Shown: positions 21,522 through 33,689, counted from the first letter of the stretch. The stretch is DNA of 64,000 bases from an uncultured Planctomycetota bacterium (GCA_963845755.1 CAWJTV010000023.1:32001-96000); one strand, 5' to 3'. A program made the numbers and translations. Notes: generated by a model from the letters alone, not told the origin.

Positions 21522-24500
21522 ATGTCACTTCGGCAACGCAATCCCAGGCCGAGCCTGCTGTCAACGCTCTGGGGACATCGCGGGCAGACCAGGGATCGAC
21601 GGAGGAGACATCTCGGTCCGATCATGACTCGGCTCGAGGAGCGGACCTTGTTGACGACTCCGACGCTCACGACGCTGGCGGACTCGGCCACTTCCTTGAC
21701 GTACGGCCAGACCGAGGTGTTCACGGCCACCGTGACCACCGACCCGCACAGCGGCACGACACCGACCGGCGGCACTGTAACCTTCATGGACGGGACCACG
21801 ACGCTCGGCACCCAGCCCTTGACCAACGGCATGGCCCGGCTCAGCGTCTCCGGGCTGGGAGTTGGGAGCGACGAGGTGACGGCGATCTACAGCGGGACCG
21901 GCGCGTTCGGGGCCAGCAGTACGCCGGTCACGCCGTCGCCGGTCATCACCACCGTGGCGGGCGGGGGCAACTCCGCGGCCAAAGCGGCTCACTATACCTT
22001 GAGCTCCGCCGCCGCCGTCGCGGTAGACAGCTCGGGCGACCTGTTTATCGCCGAGGGCATTAGTTACTACAACGGCAGCGTCAACGAGGTCTGTGAGGTC
22101 AACCACTCCACCGGCGCAGTCTCCATCGTCGCGGGCAATGGTAGCAGAGGCTACAGCGGAGACGGCGGCCCCGCCACCGCCGCCGAACTGTCCAATCCCA
22201 GCGGCCTCGCGCTGAATGGCTCGGGCGATCTCTTCATCGCCGACAGCGGCAACAACGTGGTCCGCGAGGTCAACCTCAACACCGGGATCATCACCACCGT
22301 CGCCGGAAACGGCACCGCGGACCGGACCGAGCCGACCAGTGAGGTCGTGAACACCGGGATCACCACCAACGTCACCGGAAACGGCAGCGCGGGCTATTCC
22401 GGCGACGGCGTCCCCGCCACCACTGCCGAACCCTCCGACGTTGCGGCGGACGACCCGCTCAACCTGATCACCGGGATCATCACCACCGCCACCGGAAACG
22501 GCATCGGGGGCGATTCTGGCGACGGCGGCCCCGCCACCGCCGCCGAACTCTCCTACCCCTCCGGCGTTGCGGTGGACGACGCGGGCGACCTGTTCATCGC
22601 CGACAGTCTCAACAATGTAGTCCGCGAGGTCAACCTCAACACCGGGATCATCACCACCATTGCTGGCAACGGCACGCAGGGCGATCGCGGTGACGGCGGC
22701 CCGGCCACCGCCGCCGAACTGTCCGGTCCCAGTGGCCTTGCGCTGAATGGCTCGGGCGATCTCTTCATCGCCGACAGCGGCAACCATGTGGTCCGCGAGG
22801 TCAACCTCAACACCGGGATCATCACCACCATCGCCGGCAACGGCACCGCGGGCACCAGCGGGGACGGCGGTCCGGCCACCGCCGCCGAACTCTCCGACCC
22901 CTCCGGCGTTGCGGTGGACGACTCGGGCGACCTCTTCATCGCCGACAGCGACAACAATGCGGTCCGCGAGGTCAACCTCAACACCGGGATCATCACCACC
23001 GTCGCCGGCAACGGCACGCAGGGCTATCGGGGTGACGGCGGCCCGGCCACCGCCGCCGAACTGTCCCAGCCCATTGGTCTGGGCCTGGACGGTTCGGGCG
23101 ATCTCTTCATCGCCGACTGGTGGAACAATGCGATCCGCGAGGTCAACCTTGGCACTGGGATCATCAACACCGTCGCGGGCGGCGACGCGCTCGGCTACAG
23201 CGGCGATGGCGGTCCGGCCAACACCGCCGAGCTGGGCAAACCTGAGGGTGTCGCAGTCGACAAGTCGGGCGACCTCTTCATCGCCGACAGCGGCAACAAT
23301 GTGGTCCGCGAGGTCAATGCCCAAACTGGCGACATCACCACCATCGCCGGCAACGGCACCACTGGCTACAGCGGGGACGGCGGTCCAGCCTCCGCCGCCG
23401 AACTCTCCGATCCCTCCGGCGTCGCGGTGGATGGCTCAGGCGACCTCTTCATCGCCGACAGCGGCAACCATGTGGTCCGCGAGGTCAACCTCAACACCGG
23501 GATCATCACCACCATCGCCGGCAACGGCACGCGGGGCATCGCGGGTGACGGCGGTCCAGCCACCGCCGCCGAACTCTCCGACCCCTCCGGCGTCGCGGTG
23601 GATGGCTCGGGGGATCTGTTCATCGCCGACAGCGACAACAATGTGGTCCGCGAAGTCAATCTCGGCACCGGGATTATCACGACCGTCGCGGGTAACGGCA
23701 CGGAAGGCTACAGCGGCGACGCCGGTCCCGCGACTGCCGCCGAGCTGTTCGACCCCTCCAGCGTCGCGGTTGACTCAGCCGGGGACGTGTTCATCGCCGA
23801 TATGGACAATAACGTGATCCGCGAGGTCAACGCCAAAACCGGTGGCATCACCACCATCGCCGGCACCGGCACCGGAGGCTACAGCGGCGACAACGAATCC
23901 GCCACCGCCGTCGAGCTGAGCACTCCCCTGGGCGTTGCAGTGGACGGGTCCGGGCATCTGTTCATCGCCGACAGCGGCTACACTGTGATCCGCGAGGTCA
24001 ACCTCAACACCGGGATCATCACCACCATCGCCGGCAAGTATAACAACGGCAGCGGCGGCTACAGCGGCGATGGCGGCCCGGCGACCTCCGCCCTGCTCGG
24101 ATACCCCTCCGGCGTCGCCGTCAATTCCGCCGGGAATCTCTACATCAGCGACATCACGAACAACGACATCCGCGAGGTCTTGACGCCGACGAACCTGGCC
24201 CAGACGGTGACGGTCGGGAAGGCCCCGTTGACGGTGACGGCGAGCAATGCCACCAAGGTCGTCGGCGCCGCGGTTCCAAATCTGACTTACGCGATCACCG
24301 GCTTCGTCAATGGCGACACCGCCGCCAATCTGTCAACGCCCCCGGTGGTCTCCACCACGGCAACCTCCTCCAGCCCGACCGGCACCTATCCGATCGCCGT
24401 CAGCGGTGCCACCTCCCTCAATTATGCGATCCGCTTCGTCAACGGAACCCTCACGGTGGCCCCGGCGACGCCGCCCCCGGTGACCCCCCTGCGCGTGGAT

Positions 24501-24839
24501 GCGGTGACGTTCGCACCGGCGAGCGTCCACGGCGACTCGAAGGCCAGGATCGCAGGCGGAAAACATAAGGCGCCGCGGGAGATCCTGGTCCAGCTCAGCG
24601 GAGCCGTCAACGCATCGGCCGCGCTGAATCTCAGCAACTACCGTCTGACCACGCGGCCCAGGGGGAGGAAGGAGGGCAAGCGGATCGGCCTTTCGGAGGC
24701 GACCTACAACGCCACCACCCAGACGGTGATGCTCGTCACCCGCAACAAGGCGGCCGCGAGCCGACCGCTGCAATTGACGATCAACGCGGCCGGCCTGGGG
24801 TTGTCGGGGGGCGATGTCGTGGCGGTCGTCAGCCCGTGA
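21522..24839 (+). CDS. large surface protein: LEPR-XLL-type N-terminus, Ig-like domain, NHL repeats, MBG-like domain
   Basis: RLEERTLL; ~56-aa repeats GDGGPATAAELSxPSGVAVDxSGDLFIADSxNNVVREV; KAPLTVTA...GFVNGDT. Confidence 0.93.
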   Translation: MSLRQRNPRPSLLSTLWGHRGQTRDRRRRHLGPIMTRLEERTLLTTPTLTTLADSATSLTYGQTEVFTATVTTDPHSGTTPTGGTVTFMDGTTTLGTQPLTNGMARLSVSGLGVGSDEVTAIYSGTGAFGASSTPVTPSPVITTVAGGGNSAAKAAHYTLSSAAAVAVDSSGDLFIAEGISYYNGSVNEVCEVNHSTGAVSIVAGNGSRGYSGDGGPATAAELSNPSGLALNGSGDLFIADSGNNVVREVNLNTGIITTVAGNGTADRTEPTSEVVNTGITTNVTGNGSAGYSGDGVPATTAEPSDVAADDPLNLITGIITTATGNGIGGDSGDGGPATAAELSYPSGVAVDDAGDLFIADSLNNVVREVNLNTGIITTIAGNGTQGDRGDGGPATAAELSGPSGLALNGSGDLFIADSGNHVVREVNLNTGIITTIAGNGTAGTSGDGGPATAAELSDPSGVAVDDSGDLFIADSDNNAVREVNLNTGIITTVAGNGTQGYRGDGGPATAAELSQPIGLGLDGSGDLFIADWWNNAIREVNLGTGIINTVAGGDALGYSGDGGPANTAELGKPEGVAVDKSGDLFIADSGNNVVREVNAQTGDITTIAGNGTTGYSGDGGPASAAELSDPSGVAVDGSGDLFIADSGNHVVREVNLNTGIITTIAGNGTRGIAGDGGPATAAELSDPSGVAVDGSGDLFIADSDNNVVREVNLGTGIITTVAGNGTEGYSGDAGPATAAELFDPSSVAVDSAGDVFIADMDNNVIREVNAKTGGITTIAGTGTGGYSGDNESATAVELSTPLGVAVDGSGHLFIADSGYTVIREVNLNTGIITTIAGKYNNGSGGYSGDGGPATSALLGYPSGVAVNSAGNLYISDITNNDIREVLTPTNLAQTVTVGKAPLTVTASNATKVVGAAVPNLTYAITGFVNGDTAANLSTPPVVSTTATSSSPTGTYPIAVSGATSLNYAIRFVNGTLTVAPATPPPVTPLRVDAVTFAPASVHGDSKARIAGGKHKAPREILVQLSGAVNASAALNLSNYRLTTRPRGRKEGKRIGLSEATYNATTQTVMLVTRNKAAASRPLQLTINAAGLGLSGGDVVAVVSP

Positions 24840-25099
24840 TTTTCGGGCACCTGACGACTGGGATGAGCGCCCCAGACGATCTCCCGTGTTAAGGGCAGAT
24901 CGAACTCGGTCAATGCCCCGAAGGTGTCGTTTCCTCGATCGTTCTGGCCCCGGACTCCGTAAACCACAGATTTCCGTCCGACCTGGTCGTGATCCCCTGC
25001 GGTTCCACGATCTGCACCAGGGGGATCGGAAAGGTCGTGGCGGTCAGGATTAGAGCGTCTCACCGTTGGGTGGCACACACTCGAAGCCTGCTCACGAAG

Positions 25100-25189
25100 A
25101 CCCCCCGAACCCCCCCTTCGCGAGGGGGGGATACTGATCGGGAAAAGCCCGTTTCCCGTCCCCCCGTGCGAAGGGGGGGTTCGGGGGGT
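25100..25189. repeat. REP-like inverted repeat
   Basis: ACCCCCCGAACCCCCCCTTCGCGAGGGGGG ... CCCCCCGTGCGAAGGGGGGGTTCGGGGGGT. Confidence 0.85.
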
Positions 25190-25311
25190 GAATTCGCAGC
25201 GCCTCAGGGCGTGCGCAATGCAAGAGCTAGCGCTCCGAGAGCGCCTATCGATTGGATTGCGCACTCCCGTGCCGGGGAGGTTCTCCGGCGGCCCAACGGG
25301 CCGCAGGAACC

Positions 25312-25480
25312 CAGCCCGGGGTGAAACCCCGGGACTCGGGCGTCTCGTGCGCTGGTCATGCACCCTGAAAGGGTGCGGGAGACGTCTCCTGCGGCCCTTC
25401 AGGCCGCCCGACATTGGCGATATCCCACGGACCCCGGGTTTCACCCGGGGCTAGGCTCCCGCGGCCTTTCAGGCCGCCGA
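25312..25480. repeat. composite palindromic REP-like element
   Basis: CCCGGGGTGAAACCCCGGG ... CCCTGAAAGGG ... CCCTTCAGG ... CCCGGGTTTCACCCGGG. Confidence 0.8.
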
Positions 25481-25607
25481 ACACATCGGCTGTTACTGTA
25501 TGCAATCCATCTGTTAAGCGCACTAGAGCCACACGATTTTTTAATGATCATCGACAATGGATCGGAATTCGTCGATGCGACAGGAGATGGGGTCAGAAAC
25601 GGCGTCT

Positions 25608-28600
25608 TCAGGAATCGCTCTGGCGCGGCTCCGGGCGTTGCCGTTTTGCGGAATCCGCCGTTTGATGGGCACGATCAGGCAAAGCGCGCCAGAGTTTGAT
25701 GGCTCCGTCGTGACTGCCGGATGCGAGGATCAAGCCGTCTGGCGAAAACGCGACGGCGTGCACCGGCGCCTCGTGCCCCTTGAGGACCATAAGTACCCTG
25801 CCTGTGACCGGTTCCCACAGGCGGACGGTGTGGTCCCGGCCGGCCGAGGCCAGCGTGAGGCCGTCGAGACTGAAGGCGAGGCCCAACACGTCGCCGACGT
25901 GGCCGCGCAGGGGAGGACCCGTTTTCTCGGTGGCGACGTCCCACAACCTGATGTTTCCGTTGTGATGTCCCACGGCCAACGTCTGGCCATCCGGCGCGAT
26001 CGCCATCGAGTAGACCTGATCGTCCGCCTTCCAGACCGCACGGACACGGCCGGCCTCCCAATCCCAGATGCGGATCGTCTCATCGAGAGAGCCTGAATAC
26101 AGGGTCTTTCCGTCCGGCGCGAACGCCAGCGAGAACACCGCATTCGTGTGGCCGGTCAGCGGCGGAGCCAGCTCGCGCCGGGATACCACATCCCAGAGCC
26201 GGATCGCTCGGTCTTCTCCGCCGGTTGCAAGCGTTCCGCCGTCGGGCGAGAACGCCACGGCGCGTATGCGACCTTGATGACCGCGAAGGATCGCCAGTTG
26301 TTGTCGGGTCGAGGCATCCCAGAGCCGGACCGTCTGGTCGAAGCCGACGGAAGCCAGCAGCGCGCCGCCAGGCGAGTAGGCTACCGCGGTCACCAGCGAT
26401 CCGTGTCCTTTGAAGGTTGTCCGTTCGTGGCCGTCCGCGAGGTCCCACAGCTTGATCGTCCAGTCATCCCCGGCCGACGCCAGCCGCGTGCCATCGGGCG
26501 AGAACGCCAGCCCCCAGACCTCTGCCTTGTGCCCGGCGAGTGTGCCGGGTGCGCGCCAGTCGTCGAGAATCCAGAGCCTCGCCCGATTATCGTACCCGGT
26601 CACGACCAGGGTATTTCCCTGCGGAGCGAATTCGAACGTGGAACCGACCGAGATCTCGCCCGGCGGGAACAGGGGACCGTCCCGCCCCGAGCCGACATCA
26701 ATCAGACGGAGTGTGGCGTTGTGAAGTGCCTGGGGGTCCGGCACCAAGACGGCCGCGGTACGGCCGTCGCGGGAGAAGCGCGCCCAGCGGTTCGGCCTAG
26801 CCTGTCCGATCGGTCTCGCACGCTCACACCCTGTGAGTGTGCAGGCCAGACGGCCGATCTCGTCAACCTGAGCTGGTGTGTACGGGACGTTGAGGTCGGT
26901 GCGGGGGAGGACGACGACCTCGGGGCCTTCGGTGCGGCAAGCGGCCTTCCAGTACCCCCCGATCGTCGAGTAGAGCCGTATCTCGCCATCCTCCAGCCAG
27001 ACCGCCAGGGTCGAGCTGTCCCCGGGCGTCACGGCCAGGACGTCGGAGAATCGAAAAGTCCGGCCCCAAGAGTCGGCCCGTCGTTGGGTCGGAGAGAGGT
27101 GGGCGCTGAGTTGATCCGCTCGCAACGATTCCAAGAGCGTCACCCTTTTGCGGTCGTCGGAGAGCCTCCACGAGCGGATCGGGACTTCCCGTGTTGTACC
27201 AGTGGCCTCGATGGTGATCAGGTTCCGTCCATCCGGGCTGAACAACAATTGATAGCAGAGGCCGAATTCCTCGGCGATCCCTGCCAGCTCCTCACCGCTG
27301 GCGACGTCCCAGATCTTCACATCGGTCTTGCGCCCGTACGGGGGGTGAGGAGCGAACGAGGCCAGGCTGCGGCCGTCCGGCGAGAACACCGGGGAATGGT
27401 ACCCATGGAAACGGTGCTGACTTTGTAGTGCCCGATACTTTCCGGTTTCACGATCCACGAGGACGATGTTCCGCGCCCTATCCAATAAGGCGATCGTGCG
27501 GCCGTCATTCGAATAGGCCGCCTGGACGATTTTCTCGGGGAGGGAGGGCAGCCGCATCACCCGAGGTTGACAGAGCCGGTCGAGGTAGTACCAGGCGAAC
27601 CCGCGAGAGTCGGGTAGACCCGGAGTCGGATCGAGAGCATCGAGGATCGATGTGGCGGCCTCCTGCTCTCCGCGCTCGTAGAGCGATCCGGCGATTCTCA
27701 ACTCTTCTGCGGCCCGATGCCTATCGGCCAGGGCGCGTAGGTGGAGAGCCGCTCTCTCGCTTCGGTGCGTCCGATCGAGCGCCAAGCCTAACTCGTCCTG
27801 ATGCCGCTTCTCTCGAGCCCGTGCCCAGCCGAGCCCGCTGAGACCCGCGAGCAGGACCGTCCCGAGCACGGCCGCCAAGGCCGCGTGGACTGGTCGTCGC
27901 TTGGCCCACTTGCCGGCACGCTGCCACACCGTGACCGGCCGGACACGGACGGGCTTCCCATCGAGAAACCGTTGGAGGTCTTCGATCAGCTCCGAGGCGC
28001 CGGCATACCGACGATCGGGCCGTTTCTCGAGACACTTGAGGCAAATCGTCTCGAGGTCGCGCGGCAGGCCGGGCGCAGCGCGCGCGGCGAGGGCGGGTCC
28101 TGGAGCGAGACCAGATGAATCGTCTCCAGATCGGTCTCCCCTCGAAGAGGGGGCCGGCCCGTCAACAGCTCATAGAGAATCACCCCCAGCGCATAGACGT
28201 CGGTCGCCGGACCTTGCTCGCGGAGGCGGCCGGCAGCCTGTTCGGGGGCCATATAGCTCGCCGAGCCGATCGCGACACCGCTGTAAGTCTCCTGGGAAAC
28301 CTGATTGAGCAGCTTCGCCAGGCCGAAGTCGCAGATCCGGGGGATGTAGTCGAGAACCCCGCTCCGATCCGGGTCACCCGTTGCGGACGCTCCGTCCTGC
28401 TGGAGCAGAATGTTGCCCGGCTTGAGGTCCCGGTGGAGAATCCCGCGCTGATGAGCATGGGCGACCGCGGCGCCCAGGACCGCCACCAGGCGGGCGGCGT
28501 CGCGAAACGGCACGGGGGCCGTCTGCTGTCGGAGCCAGTCGGCCAGCGTCGGGCCCTCGCAATACGCCGACGCGATATAGAAGACCGGCCCTTCCTCTCC

Positions 28601-29011
28601 CACCTCGTAGACGGTCACGATGTGCGGGTGGTCGAGCCGGGAGGCGGCCTCCGCTTCGCGAAGGAAGCGACGTCGCAGGTTCTCGGTGATCAAGACCTCC
28701 GGGCGAGGGACTTTGAGCGCGACCTGGCGAACCAGGACCGAATCGACCGCCAGGAAAACGACTCCGAAACCGCCGCGTCCCAGCTCCCGCAGGATCGTGA
28801 ATTGCCCCAGTCGGCTCGGAAGGGCGAGCGCGGGCTCGAGGTTTCGCGGCCAGACGGTCTCCAGTAGTCGCAGGCACTCGCGGGCCCCAAGCCAGGACGA
28901 CGAGCCGTTGCCTGCAATCGGGTCGTTCCCGATAGCCAGCTCTCGATCAAAAGCCAGCAGGGCCTCCAACTGGGAATCCTCGGCCAGTGGCGGATCATAC
29001 TCGAGGGTCAT
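25608..29011 (-). CDS. Ser/Thr protein kinase with TM segment and C-terminal WD40 repeats; frameshift at ~28075
   Basis: LGRGGFG, VALK, HRDLKPGN, DFG and YMAPEQ motifs; continues into DLETICLKCLEK and GH...WD repeats. Confidence 0.92.
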
Positions 29012-29248
29012 GGGCGAGTCCTGATTTCTTCCATGATGCGGATCAAAGCCCAGGTGCAAAGAATTGCAGAGCCTAGTTGTAGAGTTGAGATCGGTAACAG
29101 TCAATGGCAAATCACCAACAACACGTGTCGGACCTGAACCGCCGGACGAATCCGCCCGCGAGACGAGTGGAAATCCCCGAACGATTCGCTTATCCTGAGT
29201 TCGACATGCATCGCCGTAAATCCAGGGTCACTTCGGGGTTTTCGCTCC

Positions 29249-31428
29249 ATGCAAGACGTTCTGACAACGGCCATCGAGTTGCATCAGGCAGGCCGGCTGC
29301 CCCAGGCCGCCACGCTGTATCAGAAGATCTTGCGCAAGAGAAAGACAACGCGGTGGCGATGCATCTGCTGGGCGTGCTGCACCATCAGCAGGGCGATCAC
29401 GCGAAGGCGATCGAGCTGATCGGCCGGGCGGTGGCGATCCGGCCGAACGTGCCGGCGTTCCATGCGAATCTCGCCGAGGCGTACCGTGCGACCGGGCAGT
29501 TGGAGCGGGCGGCCGGCTGCTGCCGTGCGGCGCTGGGCCTGTGGCCGGACTATCCCGAGGCCCTGTGCAATCTCGGCCTGGCCTTGCAGGGACTGGGGAA
29601 GAAGCCCGAGGCCGTGGCCCAGTTCCGGCGCGCGCTGGAGCTACGGCCGGAGTTCGCCACGGCCCACAACAACCTGGGCATCGTATTGCGCGAGCTCGGT
29701 GAGTTCGATGAAGCCCTGGAGCATTTCCGCCGGGCGGTCGAGCTGGAACCGTCGTTCGCGCCGGCCCGGACCAACCTCGGCCAGATGCTCCTGGACCGCG
29801 GCCAGGCGGAGGAGGCGCTGCCGCACTGCGAGGAAGCGGTCCGGCTCCAGCCCAACATGGCGGCCCTCCACCACAACCTCGGCAACGCCATGAGGGGCCT
29901 GGAGCGCTATATCGAGGCCAAGGCCTCGTACCTGGAGGCCCTGCGGCTGGAGCCCGACCTGGCCCCGGCCCACGCACACCTCGGCCTGACCCTGCTCCGC
30001 GAGGGCCAACTCAGTGATGCCTTGCCCTGGCTGAAGCGGGCGATCGAGCTCGATCCGGTGAATCCGACTTTCGAGGAATTCCTGGCCGAGCTCTACACCG
30101 AGCGGGAGGATCCGTCCGAGGCGATCCCACATTACGAGCGCGCGCTGGCCCTGGCCGAGGAGGAGCGCCCGGGCCTCCACCTCTCACTGGGGTGGGCGCT
30201 CCAGGAGGAAGGCCGGATCGTCGAAGCCCGGGAGCATTACGAGTCGGCGCTGCGGATCCAGCCGGACTCTGCCGCGGCCCAACTGAACATCGGTGGGCTC
30301 AGCGAGGAACAGGGCCTGATGGACAAGGCCGAGGAGGCCTTCCGCACCGCCTTGCGGTTGCAGCCGAACTTCCCGGTACCGCACGCACGCCTGGCAACCC
30401 TGCTCCGCGGCAAGCTGCCCGACACGGACCTCGCCGCTCTGGAGCAGCGCCTGACCGATCCCCAACTGACCCAGGGCCCGCGCGCCCGGCTCCTGTTCGG
30501 CCTCTGCCATGTGCTCGACGCACGCGGAGACTATGACCGAGCCGGCGAATGCCTCCGCGAAGCCAACGCCCTGAGCAAGGAGCTGGCCAAGGGCCAGCGC
30601 GAGTACGTGCCGGCCGACCACGATCGGTTCGTCAACGGCTTGTTGCGGACGTTCGACGCGGCGTTCTTCGCCCGGTCCCGCGATTCGGGTCACGACTCCC
30701 GTCTCCCGGTGTTCGTCTTCGGGCTCCCTCGATCGGGAACGACGCTCATCGAGCAGATCCTGGCCAGCCACTCGCGGTTTCACGGTGCCGGCGAGTTGCG
30801 CCTGGCCCGGCAGACCTTCGAGGCCATCCCCACCACGCTGGGGTTACCCGGCCCGCCGATGGATTGCGTCCCCCATCTCGACGCGCCGGCACTCCGCCGT
30901 CTGGCCGAGCAGCACCTCGAGCGCCTCCGCGCGCTGGCCGGCAATCGGCCGGAACGCGTTGCCGACAAGATGCCCGACAATTACATGTACCTGGGACTCA
31001 TGTCGGTCGTATTCCCGCGCACCACGTTCATCCACTGCCGCCGCGACCTCCGCGACATCGCCGTCTCCTGCTGGATGACCGACTTCCGCAGCATCCGATG
31101 GGCCAACGACCCCGAGCACATCGCCTCGCGATTCCAGCAGTACCGGCGGATCATGGACCACTGGCAGGCCGTGTTGCCGTTGCCGATCCATCACGTCGAT
31201 TACGAGGAAACCGTCGCCGACACCGAGGCGGTGGCGCGCCGGCTGATCGCGGCCTGCGGACTGGAGTGGGAGCCCGGTTGCCTCGAGTTCTACCGCCACG
31301 ACCGTCCGATCCGCACCGCCAGCGTCACCCAGGTCCGACAGCCCGTCTACAAGCGGTCCGTCGCCCGCTGGAAGAACTACGAGCCGAGCCTGGGCGAGCT
31401 GTTCGCGATGCTGCCGGTCAGGGAATGA
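29249..31428 (+). CDS. TPR-repeat sulfotransferase; frameshift at ~29332
   Basis: MQDVLTTAIELHQAGRL start in the shifted frame; many TPRs; GLPRSGTT PAPS loop; DKMP; RTAS. Confidence 0.92.
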
Positions 31429-31497
31429 ACGTCGATCGAGGTGGGCCACCGGTGCTCGTTCGAGATGCGGACGAGCGGCGTATTGACTCCGAGAGTC

Positions 31498-31956
31498 TCA
31501 CGTGATCGTCGTCCAGGGACGAGCGTCGATTCCAGGGAAGCGGCCCAGGTGACGAACGTTCCCAGTGGCGACGATGACGACATCCCCAGGACTCGCTGCG
31601 GTCAGGGCCTGGCCGGCGAGGATCGCATCGGCGTCTAGTGAGTGGGGGTGGGCCGTCGGTGTTCCGGCATTGCGGACATGCGCCCAGACCTCGGCGGCTC
31701 GGAGCAAGGAGGCCCGGTCCAGTGGTAACAGCCCGAACCGAATAAGGAGAGCGTCCAGCCGGCGCAGGCCTGCCGTGGCACCAGTCCGAACCAGTTCCCG
31801 CCGAACTTCGTAATCGACGATCTCTGGGATCAGAATTCGAGTCCCTGCCAGCTCGAGCGTGGTCAACCAGGTGCGGCAAACATCGACCCCGGCCTTGCCC
31901 GCCGCCTTGCTTGCCAGTCCGAGGGGCTCGCTGTCGAGGAAGACGAGTTTGGCCAC
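31498..31956 (-). CDS. PIN-domain (VapC-like) toxin
   Basis: VFLDS, EIVDYEVRREL, LDADAILA and ATGNVRH motifs. Confidence 0.85.
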   Translation of the reverse strand: MAKLVFLDSEPLGLASKAAGKAGVDVCRTWLTTLELAGTRILIPEIVDYEVRRELVRTGATAGLRRLDALLIRFGLLPLDRASLLRAAEVWAHVRNAGTPTAHPHSLDADAILAGQALTAASPGDVVIVATGNVRHLGRFPGIDARPWTTIT

Positions 31957-32325
31957 TCAGGAATCCCTTTGCAGTCCTCGGAAGACCTCGTCCCAAACCT
32001 CGTCGGTGTCCGTCTCGTCCGTAATTTTGGCGATAGCGGCCAGCGCCCGGATCGCGGCATCCCGGCGTGCCTGATGCTCCTCATCGCTCATTAAGATCCG
32101 ACCGTTTGCATCGGTACAAACCGGCCCAAATGCAGGGATGGGGCCCTGTTCGTCCGAGAGTCCATCCCAGAGCGACCAGTTCACTCGCTCACGGTCTTCC
32201 CCGGTAACATCGAGGCGATTGACATCGATCCCGTATCGCTCGATCACCCCCCGCTCCGCTCCCGCCTTGGCACTTTGGTCGTTGTGCTCCGTTTCGGATA
32301 CATGTACCGGGTTGTCCACGTTCAT
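31957..32325 (-). CDS. putative antitoxin (acidic hypothetical protein)
   Basis: GGAG RBS; its stop codon abuts the PIN start; acidic C-terminus. Confidence 0.65.
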   Translation of the reverse strand: MNVDNPVHVSETEHNDQSAKAGAERGVIERYGIDVNRLDVTGEDRERVNWSLWDGLSDEQGPIPAFGPVCTDANGRILMSDEEHQARRDAAIRALAAIAKITDETDTDEVWDEVFRGLQRDS

Positions 32326-32418
32326 GTCGCTCCTCCGCTTACTCTTGTCAACTGGCCGGGTGCATCCGATAAGAATTCGATCCGCACAACAACAGAAACG
32401 CAACTTTGTCCAGGCGAC

Positions 32419-32793
32419 CTACTCGGTTCTCCCGAGTCGAGTCTGGATGTCCTCGATGAGCCGGCCAATGTCGTCGTCGCCGAGTTGCAGATTGTCGATC
32501 GTGCGGAGCAGGGCAGGGACAGTCTTACGGTCGGCCATGTGGCGAATGTCGGCGGGCAGATCGCCGCGGCGGCGTGCCGAATCGAGCAAGTGGCGCCATT
32601 CCTGCGAGTCTTCGGCCAGGCCCAGTGACTCGGCAATCTCATGAAGCTTTCCCAGGTCGCAAGGGGGATGACGCCGACCGTTCTCGATGTCGCTCAGGTT
32701 GGATGGCTTGATATCGACCAACTTGGCGAAGTGGCGCAGGCCCAGATTGGCCTTCAGTCTCAGATCTCTCAGCAAGGACCCGAATTCATCCAT
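32419..32793 (-). CDS. XRE-family HTH transcriptional regulator
   Basis: FGSLLRDLRLKANLGLRHFAKLVDIKPSNLSDIENGRR. Confidence 0.9.
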   Translation of the reverse strand: MDEFGSLLRDLRLKANLGLRHFAKLVDIKPSNLSDIENGRRHPPCDLGKLHEIAESLGLAEDSQEWRHLLDSARRRGDLPADIRHMADRKTVPALLRTIDNLQLGDDDIGRLIEDIQTRLGRTE

Positions 32794-33093
32794 CTTGCGA
32801 CGGCTCCGCTCAACACGTTCACGCTGTTATCAAGACTGATAACATGCTAACCGGGTCGGTCCTCGAAGGCAACCCGAGATGAGCCACGGGCTTGCCGGTG
32901 GTGCGGACGGGTTCGTCCGAATACGCGATCGACGTCTGCGGTTCTGCGTCTGCGCCAACGATGCCACCGAGCGTTGCCATGACGACACGACCCGACACCC
33001 TTTGCTATCATCGGGCATCCTGAACCCGAGTAGCCGGTGATCCCCCGGGGACGCATGCTCGGGAGCATGTCCTTGACGAAAGGAGCTCTCACA

Positions 33094-33585
33094 ATGGCGA
33101 GCGCACAGACATTTGCCAGCCAGATCGACCTACCCGCCGCGGTGCGGGAGAAGATGATCGCCCTGCTCAATCAGCAACTGGCCGACACGTTCGACTTATT
33201 CAGCCAGATCAAGCAGGCGCACTGGAACGTCAAGGGGCCGCAGTTCATCGCGCTGCACGAGCTGTTCGACAAGCTGGCCGAGGATGTGGAGGAAGCCGTG
33301 GACACGATCGCCGAGCGCGCGACGGCCCTGGGCGGCACGGCACTCGGCACGGCACGCATGGCGGCGCAATCATCGCGGCTGCCGGAGTATCCGTCCGACG
33401 CCTTCCCCGGCCCCAAGGCGATCACCGCACTGGCCGAACGGTTTGCCGCCTTGGCGAAGTCCACGCGGGAGGGAATCGACACGGCCGCCGGAGCCGGCGA
33501 TGCCGACACTGCGGATGTGTTCACCGAAGTCTCGCGCAGCCTCGACAAGAACCTCTGGTTCCTCGAAGCCCACCTCCAGGCATGA
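33094..33585 (+). CDS. dps: DNA starvation/stationary phase protection protein Dps
   Basis: AAGGAG RBS; HWNVKGPQFIALHELFD, DTIAER and LDKNLWFLEAH motifs. Confidence 0.95.
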   Translation: MASAQTFASQIDLPAAVREKMIALLNQQLADTFDLFSQIKQAHWNVKGPQFIALHELFDKLAEDVEEAVDTIAERATALGGTALGTARMAAQSSRLPEYPSDAFPGPKAITALAERFAALAKSTREGIDTAAGAGDADTADVFTEVSRSLDKNLWFLEAHLQA

Positions 33586-33689
33586 CGGGGAACCGCCGGA
33601 TTCACGCAATCTTCATCGGCCATGAGCGAATCTCCCTCCACAAAGACAGAGCGAGAATGACGAACCTCCTTGCCGATGGAGGAATTGCG

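Noticed and set aside
21561..23324. Long antisense ORFs (also 1022-2308, 26148-27428 and 36276-37745)
   Set aside because: Shadow ORFs of real high-GC genes on the opposite strand.
22140..24180. Regular 168-bp DNA repeats as a non-coding array
   Set aside because: Fully explained by NHL protein repeats.
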